Below the pieces are notes generated by a model. It did not search any database. It saw nothing but the letters and a program-made list of their open reading frames with translations, and was not told where the DNA came from. A stretch of 64,000 nt of DNA from Calditrichales bacterium. GTDB taxonomy: Bacteria; Calditrichota; Calditrichia; Calditrichales; J004. Of this stretch, positions 42,098 to 52,053 are shown in pieces. Position 1 is the first letter of the stretch; every line of letters begins with the position of its first letter. The stretch is from contig OZ254086.1 of the NCBI GenBank assembly GCA_965267575.1, positions 2,752,001 to 2,816,000 of the forward strand. Direction: 5' to 3'. The position numbers and the translations under genes are program-made.

Positions 42098-42559
42098 TTA
42101 ACGGTTGCGTTTCAAATAATCGTTTAAGTCTGTTTCCCATTCTTGCATGAAGGCAGCATATTTCTCCGCACTGAAAGCATTGATGAAGGCGCGGCCTTTG
42201 TTGCTTAAAGCGGTGTAGCTGTAGCTGATGTGCGCGTCGCAGGATCGTTTGCCTGTTATTTCAAGCTGGATACGGATGATGGCGACGGTAAATCCCGGCG
42301 TCACTTTGCAAAATTCTACAAAGCGTAATTGCGGGTTATGGCGGGTGATAATCCACAGCGCTTCTCGCCCTTCTTCGCGGGTACTGAAAACAGCGTCTTC
42401 TTCGGCCAGGCCGGAAGCGCTGATCACGAAGCCGGGCTGCCAGCCTTTGACCCACTCGAGTTCACGAACAGGGCAGAGCAAAGGAAAAACATCGTCGGCG
42501 GGGGCAATTAATCTTTGGGTATAAGTGCGGGTCACGCGGTAGGGCTTTTCCACATTCAT
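42098..42559 (-). CDS. Hypothetical SRPBCC-like protein
   Basis: VFPLLCPVRELEWVKGW; GGAGG SD. Confidence 0.7.
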   Translation of the reverse strand: MNVEKPYRVTRTYTQRLIAPADDVFPLLCPVRELEWVKGWQPGFVISASGLAEEDAVFSTREEGREALWIITRHNPQLRFVEFCKVTPGFTVAIIRIQLEITGKRSCDAHISYSYTALSNKGRAFINAFSAEKYAAFMQEWETDLNDYLKRNR

Positions 42560-42560
42560 T

Positions 42561-43079
42561 TCAGCCTCCTTCCAGCATATCACGGAATCTTTCCAGATTG
42601 GCCTGGTTGGCATCGCGCATGGTGCCCTTAAATAGCGGCAGCACCGATTGCCACAAAGGGTTGGCGCCCACCACTCGCGTATGCTGTTGAATATCGGTTA
42701 CGGCGCTATCCCTGCGGATAAATTCAATCGCTAAATAGGAGTCGAGTACCTCATTTCCCATGCGCATCATCAGCAGGCTGTCCGGGCTGAACCGGGTTAT
42801 TTCCTCGTCAACGGTCATCGTTTCACCGTTCTGCACGATGGTCATGCGCCAGCGGCTGCCGGTGCCTTCCGCCGCGCCACCTGTATGTTCGATACGCTGC
42901 AGGCCGTCCATCCATTTCGCCGTTCTGCCGGTGTCGTTGAAAGCCGCAAACACCTCTGCTCGCGACTTGCTAATCGTTACCCGGTTGCGATAATCAAACT
43001 CCGGAATAGCTATGCCGATCAACATGAAGACGGTGATCAGAACAATCAGCACGACGCCGGCGATCTGAATGAAGCGCAT
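42561..43079 (-). CDS. SRPBCC family protein with N-terminal TM helix
   Basis: RVTISKSRAEVF...KW, GTGSRW, C-terminal helix LERFRDMLE. Confidence 0.75.
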   Translation of the reverse strand: MRFIQIAGVVLIVLITVFMLIGIAIPEFDYRNRVTISKSRAEVFAAFNDTGRTAKWMDGLQRIEHTGGAAEGTGSRWRMTIVQNGETMTVDEEITRFSPDSLLMMRMGNEVLDSYLAIEFIRRDSAVTDIQQHTRVVGANPLWQSVLPLFKGTMRDANQANLERFRDMLEGG

Positions 43080-43082
43080 GGC

Positions 43083-43742
43083 TTACCTGGTCACTTCTAT
43101 TGTCTGTATCCGTACCGGCTCCGTCGGGCGGTCATTCTGCGTTGTCTTCGTTGTAGCGATGGCATCCACAACTTCCATGCCTTTTGTTACCTTGCCGAAA
43201 ACCGTGTACTGTCCATCCAGACTGGGATAATCCTGATGCATGATAAAAAACTGCGATCCGGCTCCGGCATTTGGATCGGAGGTCCGCGCGGTGGACAAAA
43301 TGCCGCGTTTATGCTGGCGATCGTTAAATTCGTTGGGCACGTTTACAATCGGTCCGCCGCTGCCATAGCTGGCCACATTATCCGTTTTGGTGTTGGGGTC
43401 GCCGCCCTGGATCATAAATCCGGGTATCACGCGGTGAAACAAGGTTCCATCGTAATAACCGCATTCCGCGCGCGTCACGAAGTTAAACGTCTGTATGGGC
43501 GCATCTGCCGGGAAAAACTCCAGCTCAATATCCCCCTTGTTGGTTTTGATCCTAGCTGTAACGCCATCCAGCTTACCGGCCAGAAACATCAGCTTGTTGT
43601 AACTCTCATCCATTCGATTTATTTTCTCCTTTAATTCAGAAACTTGTTGTTTTAGCAGATCGTTTTCGCGGCTTATCTTTTCACTGTCGCCACAGCCGAA
43701 AATCAGCAAAGCGAATATCAATAAGGACATAATCGTTTTCAT
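43083..43742 (-). CDS. Cyclophilin-type peptidyl-prolyl isomerase lipoprotein
   Basis: FHRVIPGFMIQGGDP, GSQFFI, LDGQYTVFG; lipobox IFGC. Confidence 0.93.
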   Translation of the reverse strand: MKTIMSLLIFALLIFGCGDSEKISRENDLLKQQVSELKEKINRMDESYNKLMFLAGKLDGVTARIKTNKGDIELEFFPADAPIQTFNFVTRAECGYYDGTLFHRVIPGFMIQGGDPNTKTDNVASYGSGGPIVNVPNEFNDRQHKRGILSTARTSDPNAGAGSQFFIMHQDYPSLDGQYTVFGKVTKGMEVVDAIATTKTTQNDRPTEPVRIQTIEVTR

Positions 43743-43795
43743 GAAGGCCTCCATCTTGAACAACGCAGGAAAGTAAACAGTGTGCAGCAATCGAT

Positions 43796-43819
43796 GCAAC
43801 TATTGCAGTGAATATCGTA
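43796..43819 (+). promoter_or_regulatory. ECF-type promoter motif variant
   Basis: GCAAC-15 nt-CGTA, preceded by GAT as at 35416. Confidence 0.4.
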
Positions 43820-43850
43820 CATATACGTGTAAGTTTATTCAGGATTTTTT

Positions 43851-44498
43851 ATGAAGCGAAATTTTCTTTTTCCGTTTTTGATGGCGCTGGTCTTTGTCGC
43901 CTGTGATATGAAGGTGAACGAAGATATCAGCGTGGAAAGCGCCAGTACCATTAATGAAGACAAAATGACCGTAAACGGCGCTATACGTGTGGGTGATAAC
44001 AGCCGTGTTCTCGGAAACCTGCGCACGGTAAACGGCCCGATCAGCGTTGGTATCTCCACAACGGTGGACGCCAGTATTCAGTCGGTTAACGGAAACATTT
44101 TTGTGGGACGCGATTGTGCCGTAAACGGTGATCTTCAGACTATCAACGGCATAATCGAGGTGGATTCCGCTGTCACCATTTCCGGTAAGGTGAGTACCGT
44201 TCATGGTGAAATTCTGATGAACGGCGTTAAACTTCGTGGCAATATACAGACCCACACGGGCAATATTGCCCTTACCAACGGCACAAGCGCTCAGGGTGAT
44301 ATCATCATAAAACGCAGCGATGATGTTCCCGAAAAGCTGCGCACATTGGAAATCGTATTACGTGAAAACTCTGTCTTGCAAGGCAATATTGAAAACGAAG
44401 ACACCAATATGAAAGTTACCGTCATAGTGGAAGATGAGAGCAGCGTACAGGGTCAAACCATTAATGTGGAGCTTGTAAGACGCGATTCCGCTGAGTAA
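43851..44498 (+). CDS. Lipoprotein with TVNG beta-strand repeats (DUF4097-like)
   Basis: Lipobox FVAC; ~17-aa repeats TVNGAI/TVNGPI/SVNGNI/TINGII/TVHGEI. Confidence 0.75.
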   Translation: MKRNFLFPFLMALVFVACDMKVNEDISVESASTINEDKMTVNGAIRVGDNSRVLGNLRTVNGPISVGISTTVDASIQSVNGNIFVGRDCAVNGDLQTINGIIEVDSAVTISGKVSTVHGEILMNGVKLRGNIQTHTGNIALTNGTSAQGDIIIKRSDDVPEKLRTLEIVLRENSVLQGNIENEDTNMKVTVIVEDESSVQGQTINVELVRRDSAE

Positions 44499-44572
44499 AT
44501 CATAATCCGGTTTGCAAAAAATATCAAAGGTGTTATCTTTACGGCCTTCAGGGGAACAGAGGAATTGACATT

Positions 44573-45271
44573 TTGGAATCTGAAAGAAGCCATAAATATA
44601 ACACCTTTTTTATTCGTTTAGCCGGCGCTCTCGCAATAATCGCCGGCATTGTCTCTTTGGCCGCCGTTTTTTACCTGCTGATTGTATTGAACAATCTTGG
44701 TCTTAATATGTCCCATTTTGACAATACCGCCGAGCTTCTGGATTGGGCCGGCGGGCATCCGCGTTACTATGCGCTGTTATGGCTGCATTACGCTCTGGCC
44801 GCTGTTCTGCTTTTACCTGCTCCCCTTGCCACCTCCTCAATCTACCGTCATCGCGGCCGTCAGTCTTCGGCCTGGGCCCAGGTAAGTCAGGTTTTCGGTC
44901 TGTGCGGATTGTATTTAATCCTTCTGGCTGCAATTATCTTTTTTGCCGTCTCTCCCTTAAGCGCGCGCTTTTTTGAGCAAAACCCGGAAACGACCATTAT
45001 GCTGCATGAGATGTTCGCCGCCCTCGGCGCCGCCATCCGTCTTCTGGGTGAGCTTCTGGTTACTTTGTGGCTGGCCATGGCGGGTGTTTACCTGATAATT
45101 AGGAAAAAGATAGATATTCTCGGCTGGTATCTGGTGGCCCTGTTCGCCCTGGCGTTTATTATTACCGTCGGCAAATTGTTCGCTTTTTTCGATTGGGAAC
45201 CGTTCCTGGGCATTGTACTGGCCCTCTCCTACATCTGGCTTGGAAGAACACTGCGTTCAGAAGTAGCCTGA
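44573..45271 (+). CDS. Hypothetical multi-pass membrane protein (DUF4386-like)
   Basis: About 6 hydrophobic helices; TTG start. Confidence 0.65.
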   Translation: MESERSHKYNTFFIRLAGALAIIAGIVSLAAVFYLLIVLNNLGLNMSHFDNTAELLDWAGGHPRYYALLWLHYALAAVLLLPAPLATSSIYRHRGRQSSAWAQVSQVFGLCGLYLILLAAIIFFAVSPLSARFFEQNPETTIMLHEMFAALGAAIRLLGELLVTLWLAMAGVYLIIRKKIDILGWYLVALFALAFIITVGKLFAFFDWEPFLGIVLALSYIWLGRTLRSEVA

Positions 45272-45380
45272 AATCCCCATTTTTAGTTCTGCAAAAACCC
45301 TTTTGGCGATTGTGTTAATACCCTTACAGCAACGTTGTTGCTTTTTGAAATTAGGGGTCTATTCTTTATCTTAGCACGCT

Positions 45381-46301
45381 ATGGGTTATCAGATTCTTTC
45401 ATTTGGTGAAATACTGTTTGATGTGTTTCCGGACAAGCACCGCCTGGGTGGCGCTCCGTTCAATTTTGCCAGCCACCTGCACAGCTTTGGACAGGATATT
45501 ATTTTCCTCAGCCGTATCGGGATAGACGACTATGGCCGTGAAATTGAGGATTTGCTTGAAAAACAGAATTTCCCGCAAAAGCATATTCAACTGGACCACA
45601 GCCGGCCCACCGGCCACGTGCAGGTTACGCTCGACAAAAGCGGCAGCGCCGAATATGAGATCGTGCGCGAGGTGGCTTGGGATTACATTATCCTTAACAA
45701 GAAGCTTAAAAACCGGCTAAAGAAAAATCCCGATTTGGTCTATTTTGGAACACTGGCTCAGCGCAGCCCGCAAAGCCGCGATACGCTGCAACAAATCGTG
45801 ACGGCGATTCCGGAAGACTGCAAGGTGATGTGCGACCTCAATTTGCGGCAGAATTTTTACAGCATTGAAATTTTGCACGATTGTTTTGTGCACAGTGATA
45901 TTTTGAAGCTCAATGAAGACGAGCTGAATGTTGTAAAAGATCTGTTTGTACCGCTTAAAGACGAAAAAGAATTTGCCCGCTGGCTATTGACAAAATTTAA
46001 TGTAACCAAACTCTGCATAACCCGTGGGAAAGATGGCGCCACGCTCTACGCCGATGGCCATCCCCACGATCTGAAAACAACGAAAGTCTTGTCTCCGGAG
46101 CAGATTGCCGACACCGTCGGCGCCGGCGACGCTTTTGCTTCGATCCTCGCGCTGGGTGTGTTGTCGGGCTGGTCACCAAGGGTTATCCTGGAACGCGCCT
46201 CCGCTTTTGCCGCGGAAATTTGTACTATTTCGGGCGCCCTGCCAACAGATCCGTCTTTTTATACCACTTTTGCGATCGAACATAATTTGCAATCTCTATG
46301 A
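45381..46301 (+). CDS. PfkB family carbohydrate kinase (probable fructokinase)
   Basis: GGAPFN, KLNEDE, TRGKDG, DTVGAGDAF; overlaps the SPS gene. Confidence 0.9.
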   Translation: MGYQILSFGEILFDVFPDKHRLGGAPFNFASHLHSFGQDIIFLSRIGIDDYGREIEDLLEKQNFPQKHIQLDHSRPTGHVQVTLDKSGSAEYEIVREVAWDYIILNKKLKNRLKKNPDLVYFGTLAQRSPQSRDTLQQIVTAIPEDCKVMCDLNLRQNFYSIEILHDCFVHSDILKLNEDELNVVKDLFVPLKDEKEFARWLLTKFNVTKLCITRGKDGATLYADGHPHDLKTTKVLSPEQIADTVGAGDAFASILALGVLSGWSPRVILERASAFAAEICTISGALPTDPSFYTTFAIEHNLQSL

Positions 46302-48460
46302 GTAAAAAACTCTATATCATGCTGATCAGCGTACATGGCCTTGTACGCGGTAAAAATATTGAGTTTGGACGCAATGCGGATACGGGGGGCCAGGTAAAAT
46401 ATGTTATCGAGCTGGCCAAAGCCCTGGGCCGCCGTGATGACGTGCGCAAGGTCGACCTCTTTACCCGCCTTATTCGTGACAAAACCACCTCACCGGATTA
46501 CGCAAAAAAGATTGAAGAGATCGATGAAAAGGTGCGTATTGTGCGCATACAGTGCGGCGGCAAAAAATACATCCGTAAAGAAATGCTCTGGCCACATCTC
46601 GATGAATATGTCGATAAGACACTAAAATTCATCAAGGATCAGAAGGATATTCCGCATGTGGTGCATGGTCACTACGCCGATGCCGGCTATATTGCCCGCG
46701 TGCTTTCCGCATTCTGGGGCGTCCCGCTCATTTTTACCGGCCACTCCCTGGGCCGTGTCAAAAAATCCAATCTCGACTATATGGCGGCAGCCGAGCTTGA
46801 AAAAAAGTTCAATATTTCAACGCGCATTGAGAAGGAAGAAGAGATTATACAAAGCGCCGATCGCATTATTACCAGTACCAGCCAGGAAGTGGCTGAGCAA
46901 TACGGTATGTACGAATCATCGGCGATGGCCCGCTTTAAGGTGATCCCGCCCGGGACCGATCTTTCCAAGTTTAAGCCTTTTTATGATGAGCATTACGATG
47001 ACGAAGCGCAGCGCGAACAGGTCAGTCGTGCCCGCTACTTCCTGGAAGAGGAACTGAACCGCTTTCTGACGCATCCCGAGAAGCCGCTGATCATTGCCCT
47101 GTCGCGCCCGGACAAGCGCAAAAATATTCCGGCGCTGATCCACGCCTATGGCACCAACAAGGAGCTGCAGATTATCGCCAACCTGGCCGTATTTGCCGGT
47201 ATTCGTAAAGACATTACCAGCATGGATGAGAACGAGCGGGAAGTGCTCACCGAGCTGTTGCTGCTGATGGATCGTTATGACCTTTATGGCAAAATGGCCG
47301 TGCCCAAACGCCATGACGTGGAATATGAAGTCCCGGAACTGTATCGACTGGCGGCGCGCAAGAACGGCGTATTTGTAAACCCGACATTCAAAGAGAATTT
47401 TGGGTTAACACTGATAGAAGCTGCCAGCAGCGGCCTGCCTGTTGTGGCAACGGACAACGGTGGCCCGCAGGATATAATCAGCAACTGCAAAAACGGCATC
47501 CTGGTGGATGTGAGCAAGCCGGAACAGATCAGCGAGGCGATCAAGAAAATTCTGATTGACCGTGATCTGTGGAAAAAATACTCGGAGAACGGGCTGGAAG
47601 CGGTGCGTGAACATTACTCATGGAGTGCCCATTGTGAAACCTATATTAACGAACTGAAGACAATCCCCATGATAGAGAAAAAACCTGAAAAAGAAGACAA
47701 AATACCGGCCAGTATCGGTCGTCGCTTTACACACCTGACCAAGTTTTTCATTACCGATATTGATGACACCCTGCTGGGCGACAAAGACGCCATTGACGAG
47801 CTGATGAAAATTGTCGATGGAAACAGGGATAAGATCGGTTTTGGCGTGGCCACCGGTCGCCCGATCGAATCGGCTATAGCCGTGCTGGAGGAGCATAACG
47901 TTCGCAAGCCCGACATTATGATCACCTCCGTGGGTACGGAGATCTATTACGGTGAAAAGCTGATGCCCGATAAAGGCTGGCAAAGCCACATCGGCCAGAA
48001 CTGGCAGCGCGAGAAAATTGAGACGGTTCTGGATGGGCTGGATTTCCTGAACAAACAGGAAGATTCGGCGCAAAGGCCGTTTAAGCTTAGCTATTACATG
48101 GAACCTTCCGGCGATAACCTGGCCCGCGTGCACAAAGCTCTAACCGACAAAAAGCTGCGCTACAACCTGATCTACTCGCGCGAAATGTATCTCGATGTCC
48201 TGCCGCAACGTGCGGCGAAGGGCAAGGCCATTCGTTATCTCAGCTACAAGTGGAACATCGCGCTTTCCAACATTCTCGTTTCAGGTGACTCCGACAACGA
48301 CGAAGACATGCTGCGCGGCGAAATGAAGGCTGTTGTTGTGGGCAACCATCACAAAGACCTGGATAAACTGAAAGGTCTGCGTAATGTCTATTTTTCCGAA
48401 GAGAACCACGCCAGGGGTATCCTTGACGGTTTCCGGCACTATAAATTCAGCGTCAAATAG
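46298..48460 (+). CDS. sps: Bifunctional sucrose-phosphate synthase/phosphatase (GT4 + HAD IIB)
   Basis: ISVHGLVRG, DTGGQVKY, HGHYADAG, TGHSLG, RPDKRKN, ENFGLTLIEA; HAD DIDDT, ATGR, SGDSDND. Confidence 0.9.
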   Translation: MSKKLYIMLISVHGLVRGKNIEFGRNADTGGQVKYVIELAKALGRRDDVRKVDLFTRLIRDKTTSPDYAKKIEEIDEKVRIVRIQCGGKKYIRKEMLWPHLDEYVDKTLKFIKDQKDIPHVVHGHYADAGYIARVLSAFWGVPLIFTGHSLGRVKKSNLDYMAAAELEKKFNISTRIEKEEEIIQSADRIITSTSQEVAEQYGMYESSAMARFKVIPPGTDLSKFKPFYDEHYDDEAQREQVSRARYFLEEELNRFLTHPEKPLIIALSRPDKRKNIPALIHAYGTNKELQIIANLAVFAGIRKDITSMDENEREVLTELLLLMDRYDLYGKMAVPKRHDVEYEVPELYRLAARKNGVFVNPTFKENFGLTLIEAASSGLPVVATDNGGPQDIISNCKNGILVDVSKPEQISEAIKKILIDRDLWKKYSENGLEAVREHYSWSAHCETYINELKTIPMIEKKPEKEDKIPASIGRRFTHLTKFFITDIDDTLLGDKDAIDELMKIVDGNRDKIGFGVATGRPIESAIAVLEEHNVRKPDIMITSVGTEIYYGEKLMPDKGWQSHIGQNWQREKIETVLDGLDFLNKQEDSAQRPFKLSYYMEPSGDNLARVHKALTDKKLRYNLIYSREMYLDVLPQRAAKGKAIRYLSYKWNIALSNILVSGDSDNDEDMLRGEMKAVVVGNHHKDLDKLKGLRNVYFSEENHARGILDGFRHYKFSVK

Positions 48461-48540
48461 CCCGACTGTAAGATAACTAACGTGCATTTCCAGCGCCCGT
48501 CTTTAAAATATCCAAAGCAAAAAACAACGGAGGAAGCGTT

Positions 48541-50937
48541 TTGCGCCTGCTGTTAAAAAAACTGATCGATGAAGGTGATGTAAAAGATTTCCACATGTTC
48601 CTTTACGAATTGTGGCACGCCGAAAAAAAGTATCTTTTGAATAATGATATTCTTATTGCCTTTGAGAAGTTTTGCGAGGACAACGATAAAAAATCTTTAA
48701 TGTCCGATGATTCCGGTCTGTTCAAGCTTTTCAAGCAGACGCCGGAAATAATCATATCGGATGATTACCTCGTGCTGATTCACCGTTACCAGATGGCACG
48801 TTATAATTTTTACCGGATTCGCGTAAACAGTGACGAAATCGATCAGATAACAACACGTGAACTGCTTGAATTCAAAAACCGTTATGCCCGTCCTGACGCT
48901 GCCCCCGATGTTTCTAAGCTGCACCTGGACTTTATGCCTTTTTACGATTATGCGCCCAACATCAAAGACGTGCGCACCGTGGGCAAAGGTGTCGATTTTC
49001 TTAACAAATACATGTCCAGCAGCCTCTTCCGCGATGCCGAAAAATGGCACAAAGCATTGTTCGAGTTTCTTACGATTCAAAGCACGGAGGGGCGCCAGCT
49101 TCTGATTAACCCCAATGGCATTACCAACAGTGAAGCGCTTCAACAGCAACTGGACGATGTACTGAGTGAGCTGAGCAGCAAAAAGCCGCGAACGCCTTAT
49201 AAAGATGTGGCCGGTGTGCTGCAACGCTACGGCTTTGAGCCGGGCTGGGGCCACAACGTTAAAAGCATCACCGAAACGATGGATTTGCTGCTCGATCTGT
49301 TTCAATCGCCGGACAGCGAGGTGTTGAGCCGTTTCATTACGCGCATCCCGATGCTATCCAAGGTGGCGGTCATTTCTCCGCACGGCTGGTTTGGGCAGGA
49401 AAACGTGCTGGGACGTCCCGATACCGGCGGCCAGGTTGTCTATGTACTGGACCAGGTGCGCGCCCTGGAAAAGGAGATGCAGAAGCGTCTCGAGGCCAGC
49501 GGACTGGATATCCAGGCAAAAGTGCTCATTGTAACGCGCCTGATCCCGGAGAACGACGGCACGACCTGTAATATCCGCCTGGAAAAAATCAATCAAAGCC
49601 AGAACAGCTACATTTTGCGCGTGCCTTTTCGCGATAATGAAGGAAACGTGGTGCCGCACTGGATCTCCCGTTTCCGCGTGTGGCCATTTATGGAGCGCTA
49701 TGCCAAAGATGTCGCCCGTGAGATTGGCCATGAATTTCAGGGTGCTCCCGATCTGGTTGTCGGCAACTATAGTGACGGGAACCTGGTGGCGACGCTGTTG
49801 TCCGAAGAGTTTGATATTACCCAATGCAACATCGCGCACGCCCTGGAGAAAAATAAATATCTCTTTTCCGACTTGTACTGGCAGAATTTTGAAAATGAGT
49901 ATCACTTTTCGGTCCAGCATCTTGTTGATCTTATAGCGATGAATATGGCTGATTTTATTGTGACCAGCACCTACCAGGAAATTGTAGGTTCGCCGGAGTC
50001 GATCGGTCAGTACGAATCTTACATGTTTTTTACCATGCCCGGCTATATGGATGTGCGCAGCGGCGTAAACCTGTTTCACCCCCGCTACAACGTGGTACCG
50101 CCCGGCGTTGATGATACCGTTTATTTTTCTTACCTGGAAGATGAACGCCGCCTGAACAACCAGAAAGAGCAGCTAACACGCCTGCTGTTTGAAGATGAGG
50201 GTGCCGACACTTACGGCTCCTTCAGTGACGGAAGTAAAATCCCGATCTTTACCATGGCGCGGCTGGATACAAACAAAAATATTACCGGCCTGGTGGAGGC
50301 CTTCGGGCAATCGGAGTTTGTCCGCGAACGGTGTAACCTGATCGTCATTGCAGGCAAGATCCGCGAGGAGCTCTCCGGTGATCACGAAGAGATCCAGGAA
50401 ATACGGCGCATGTATGATTTGATTCAGCGCCACAATCTGGATGGGCAGATACGCTGGCTGGGCATGCATTTGCCAAAGGAAGACGCCGGCGAGATCTACC
50501 GCATCATCGCCGATCATAAGGGCGTGTTTGTGCAGCCCGGATTGTTTGAAGGCTTTGGCCTGACGGTGTTGGAAGCTATGAGCTGCGGCGTGCCGACCTT
50601 CGCCACGCATTTCGGCGGCCCCTCCGAGATCATCATCGATGGTGAAAGCGGTTTCCTGATCAATCCCACCATGCCGGAACTGATCAACCGGCCATTGGAA
50701 GCCTTTTTAACCCGGCAGGAGAAAGAAAAAGACTACTGGGAAAAAATTTCCAAAGGCGGCATCAAACGCGTGCAGGAGCATTTTACGTGGAAACTATACA
50801 GCCAGAAGATGCTAAACCTGGCCGCGCTCTATTCATTCTGGCGTTACTCTGCCGGACAACAGGGCAAAGAAGAACTGTCCCAATATTGCCATCTGTTGTT
50901 TCAACTATTGTACAAACCGCGCGCGGTAAATATGTGA
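48541..50937 (+). CDS. sus: Sucrose synthase
   Basis: SPHGWFGQENVLGRPDTGGQVVY, GNYSDGN, AHALEK, TMARLD, EGFGLTVLEAM; TTG start with GGAGG SD. Confidence 0.93.
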   Translation: MRLLLKKLIDEGDVKDFHMFLYELWHAEKKYLLNNDILIAFEKFCEDNDKKSLMSDDSGLFKLFKQTPEIIISDDYLVLIHRYQMARYNFYRIRVNSDEIDQITTRELLEFKNRYARPDAAPDVSKLHLDFMPFYDYAPNIKDVRTVGKGVDFLNKYMSSSLFRDAEKWHKALFEFLTIQSTEGRQLLINPNGITNSEALQQQLDDVLSELSSKKPRTPYKDVAGVLQRYGFEPGWGHNVKSITETMDLLLDLFQSPDSEVLSRFITRIPMLSKVAVISPHGWFGQENVLGRPDTGGQVVYVLDQVRALEKEMQKRLEASGLDIQAKVLIVTRLIPENDGTTCNIRLEKINQSQNSYILRVPFRDNEGNVVPHWISRFRVWPFMERYAKDVAREIGHEFQGAPDLVVGNYSDGNLVATLLSEEFDITQCNIAHALEKNKYLFSDLYWQNFENEYHFSVQHLVDLIAMNMADFIVTSTYQEIVGSPESIGQYESYMFFTMPGYMDVRSGVNLFHPRYNVVPPGVDDTVYFSYLEDERRLNNQKEQLTRLLFEDEGADTYGSFSDGSKIPIFTMARLDTNKNITGLVEAFGQSEFVRERCNLIVIAGKIREELSGDHEEIQEIRRMYDLIQRHNLDGQIRWLGMHLPKEDAGEIYRIIADHKGVFVQPGLFEGFGLTVLEAMSCGVPTFATHFGGPSEIIIDGESGFLINPTMPELINRPLEAFLTRQEKEKDYWEKISKGGIKRVQEHFTWKLYSQKMLNLAALYSFWRYSAGQQGKEELSQYCHLLFQLLYKPRAVNM

Positions 50938-50947
50938 GCGAAGGTGT

Positions 50948-50984
50948 GGACTGGCGGATTGGTGAATTAAGGAATTGCTGGATT
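50948..50984. repeat. Degenerate 8-bp tandem repeat
   Basis: GGACTGGC GGATTGGT GAATTAAG GAATTGCT GGATT. Confidence 0.55.
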
Positions 50985-51080
50985 ACTGCCACGGTGATCC
51001 CGCTGTTAAGCTGTAACAAGCTATTCATCCCCGAAGTAAATGGAATTGCCGAAATGCCGCGCCTGCATTTATTTTATTAC

Positions 51081-51104
51081 CTAAACACCTGAATACCTGA
51101 GCAC
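51081..51104. repeat. Degenerate 8-bp tandem repeat (3 units)
   Basis: CTAAACAC CTGAATAC CTGAGCAC. Confidence 0.45.
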
Positions 51105-51170
51105 TCCTCAAAACTGGATAAAATGCTCCCCGTGTTTTAATTTTTGCCCCATTATAGCAAAGGACCGAAA

Positions 51171-52004
51171 ATGAAGAATCCGGCCGAAGAGCGCCCAACC
51201 GTTTTGAGACCGTGGCAGGCCAAGCTGCACGAAGTAATATTTGAAGCCGATACACGATCGGGCAAGATCTTTGACGTGACGCTGCTGATAGCGATCCTGC
51301 TTAGTGTTGTCGCTGTTATGCTGGACAGCACGGCTGCCATTCGTGCCGCTTACGGTTTTGAGCTCTACGTCGTGGAATGGATATTCACCATTTTCTTCAC
51401 CATAGAGTATATTCTGCGGCTGGTCAGCGTTGCCCGACCGCTGGCTTATGCCGGCTCCTTTTTCGGCATCATCGATCTGCTGGCGATTATACCCACTTAC
51501 CTTAGCTTGGTCGTGCCCTCGGCGCAATACCTGCTGGTTATCCGGATTCTGCGTGTGTTGCGCGTGTTCCGCATCTTTAAGCTGGTGCAATATCTGCGCG
51601 ATGCTTCTATCCTTTTTAAAGCGCTTATATCCAGCGTGCGCAAAATTATTGTATTTTTGATTGCCGTACTGGCGATTGTCGTGATCTTCGGCTCCATCAT
51701 GTACCTGATAGAGGGGCCGGAAAACGGCTTCGAAAGCATCCCGCAAAGCATTTACTGGGCAATCGTAACGCTAACTACGGTTGGTTACGGGGATATCGCG
51801 CCGCAAACTTCGCTGGGCCGCTTTATCTCGGCGCTGGTCATGATACTGGGTTACGCCCTGATCGCTGTTCCCACTGGCATTGTCTCCGTGGAAATGTCGC
51901 GCGCGTCGCATGCCGGTGCCACTACACAGGCCTGCCCCAACTGCAGCAAAGAAGGCCACGACGAGGATGCCACGCACTGCAAATACTGCGGGCAGCAACT
52001 CTAA
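51171..52004 (+). CDS. Voltage-gated-type potassium channel (6TM)
   Basis: S4 RILRVLRVFRIFK; filter TTVGYGD; C-terminal CPNC...CKYC. Confidence 0.93.
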   Translation: MKNPAEERPTVLRPWQAKLHEVIFEADTRSGKIFDVTLLIAILLSVVAVMLDSTAAIRAAYGFELYVVEWIFTIFFTIEYILRLVSVARPLAYAGSFFGIIDLLAIIPTYLSLVVPSAQYLLVIRILRVLRVFRIFKLVQYLRDASILFKALISSVRKIIVFLIAVLAIVVIFGSIMYLIEGPENGFESIPQSIYWAIVTLTTVGYGDIAPQTSLGRFISALVMILGYALIAVPTGIVSVEMSRASHAGATTQACPNCSKEGHDEDATHCKYCGQQL

Positions 52005-52053
52005 AACTATCCGCGTCTTTTAATTGCCGCTTAAGGCGCCTATATTTGGCGCC

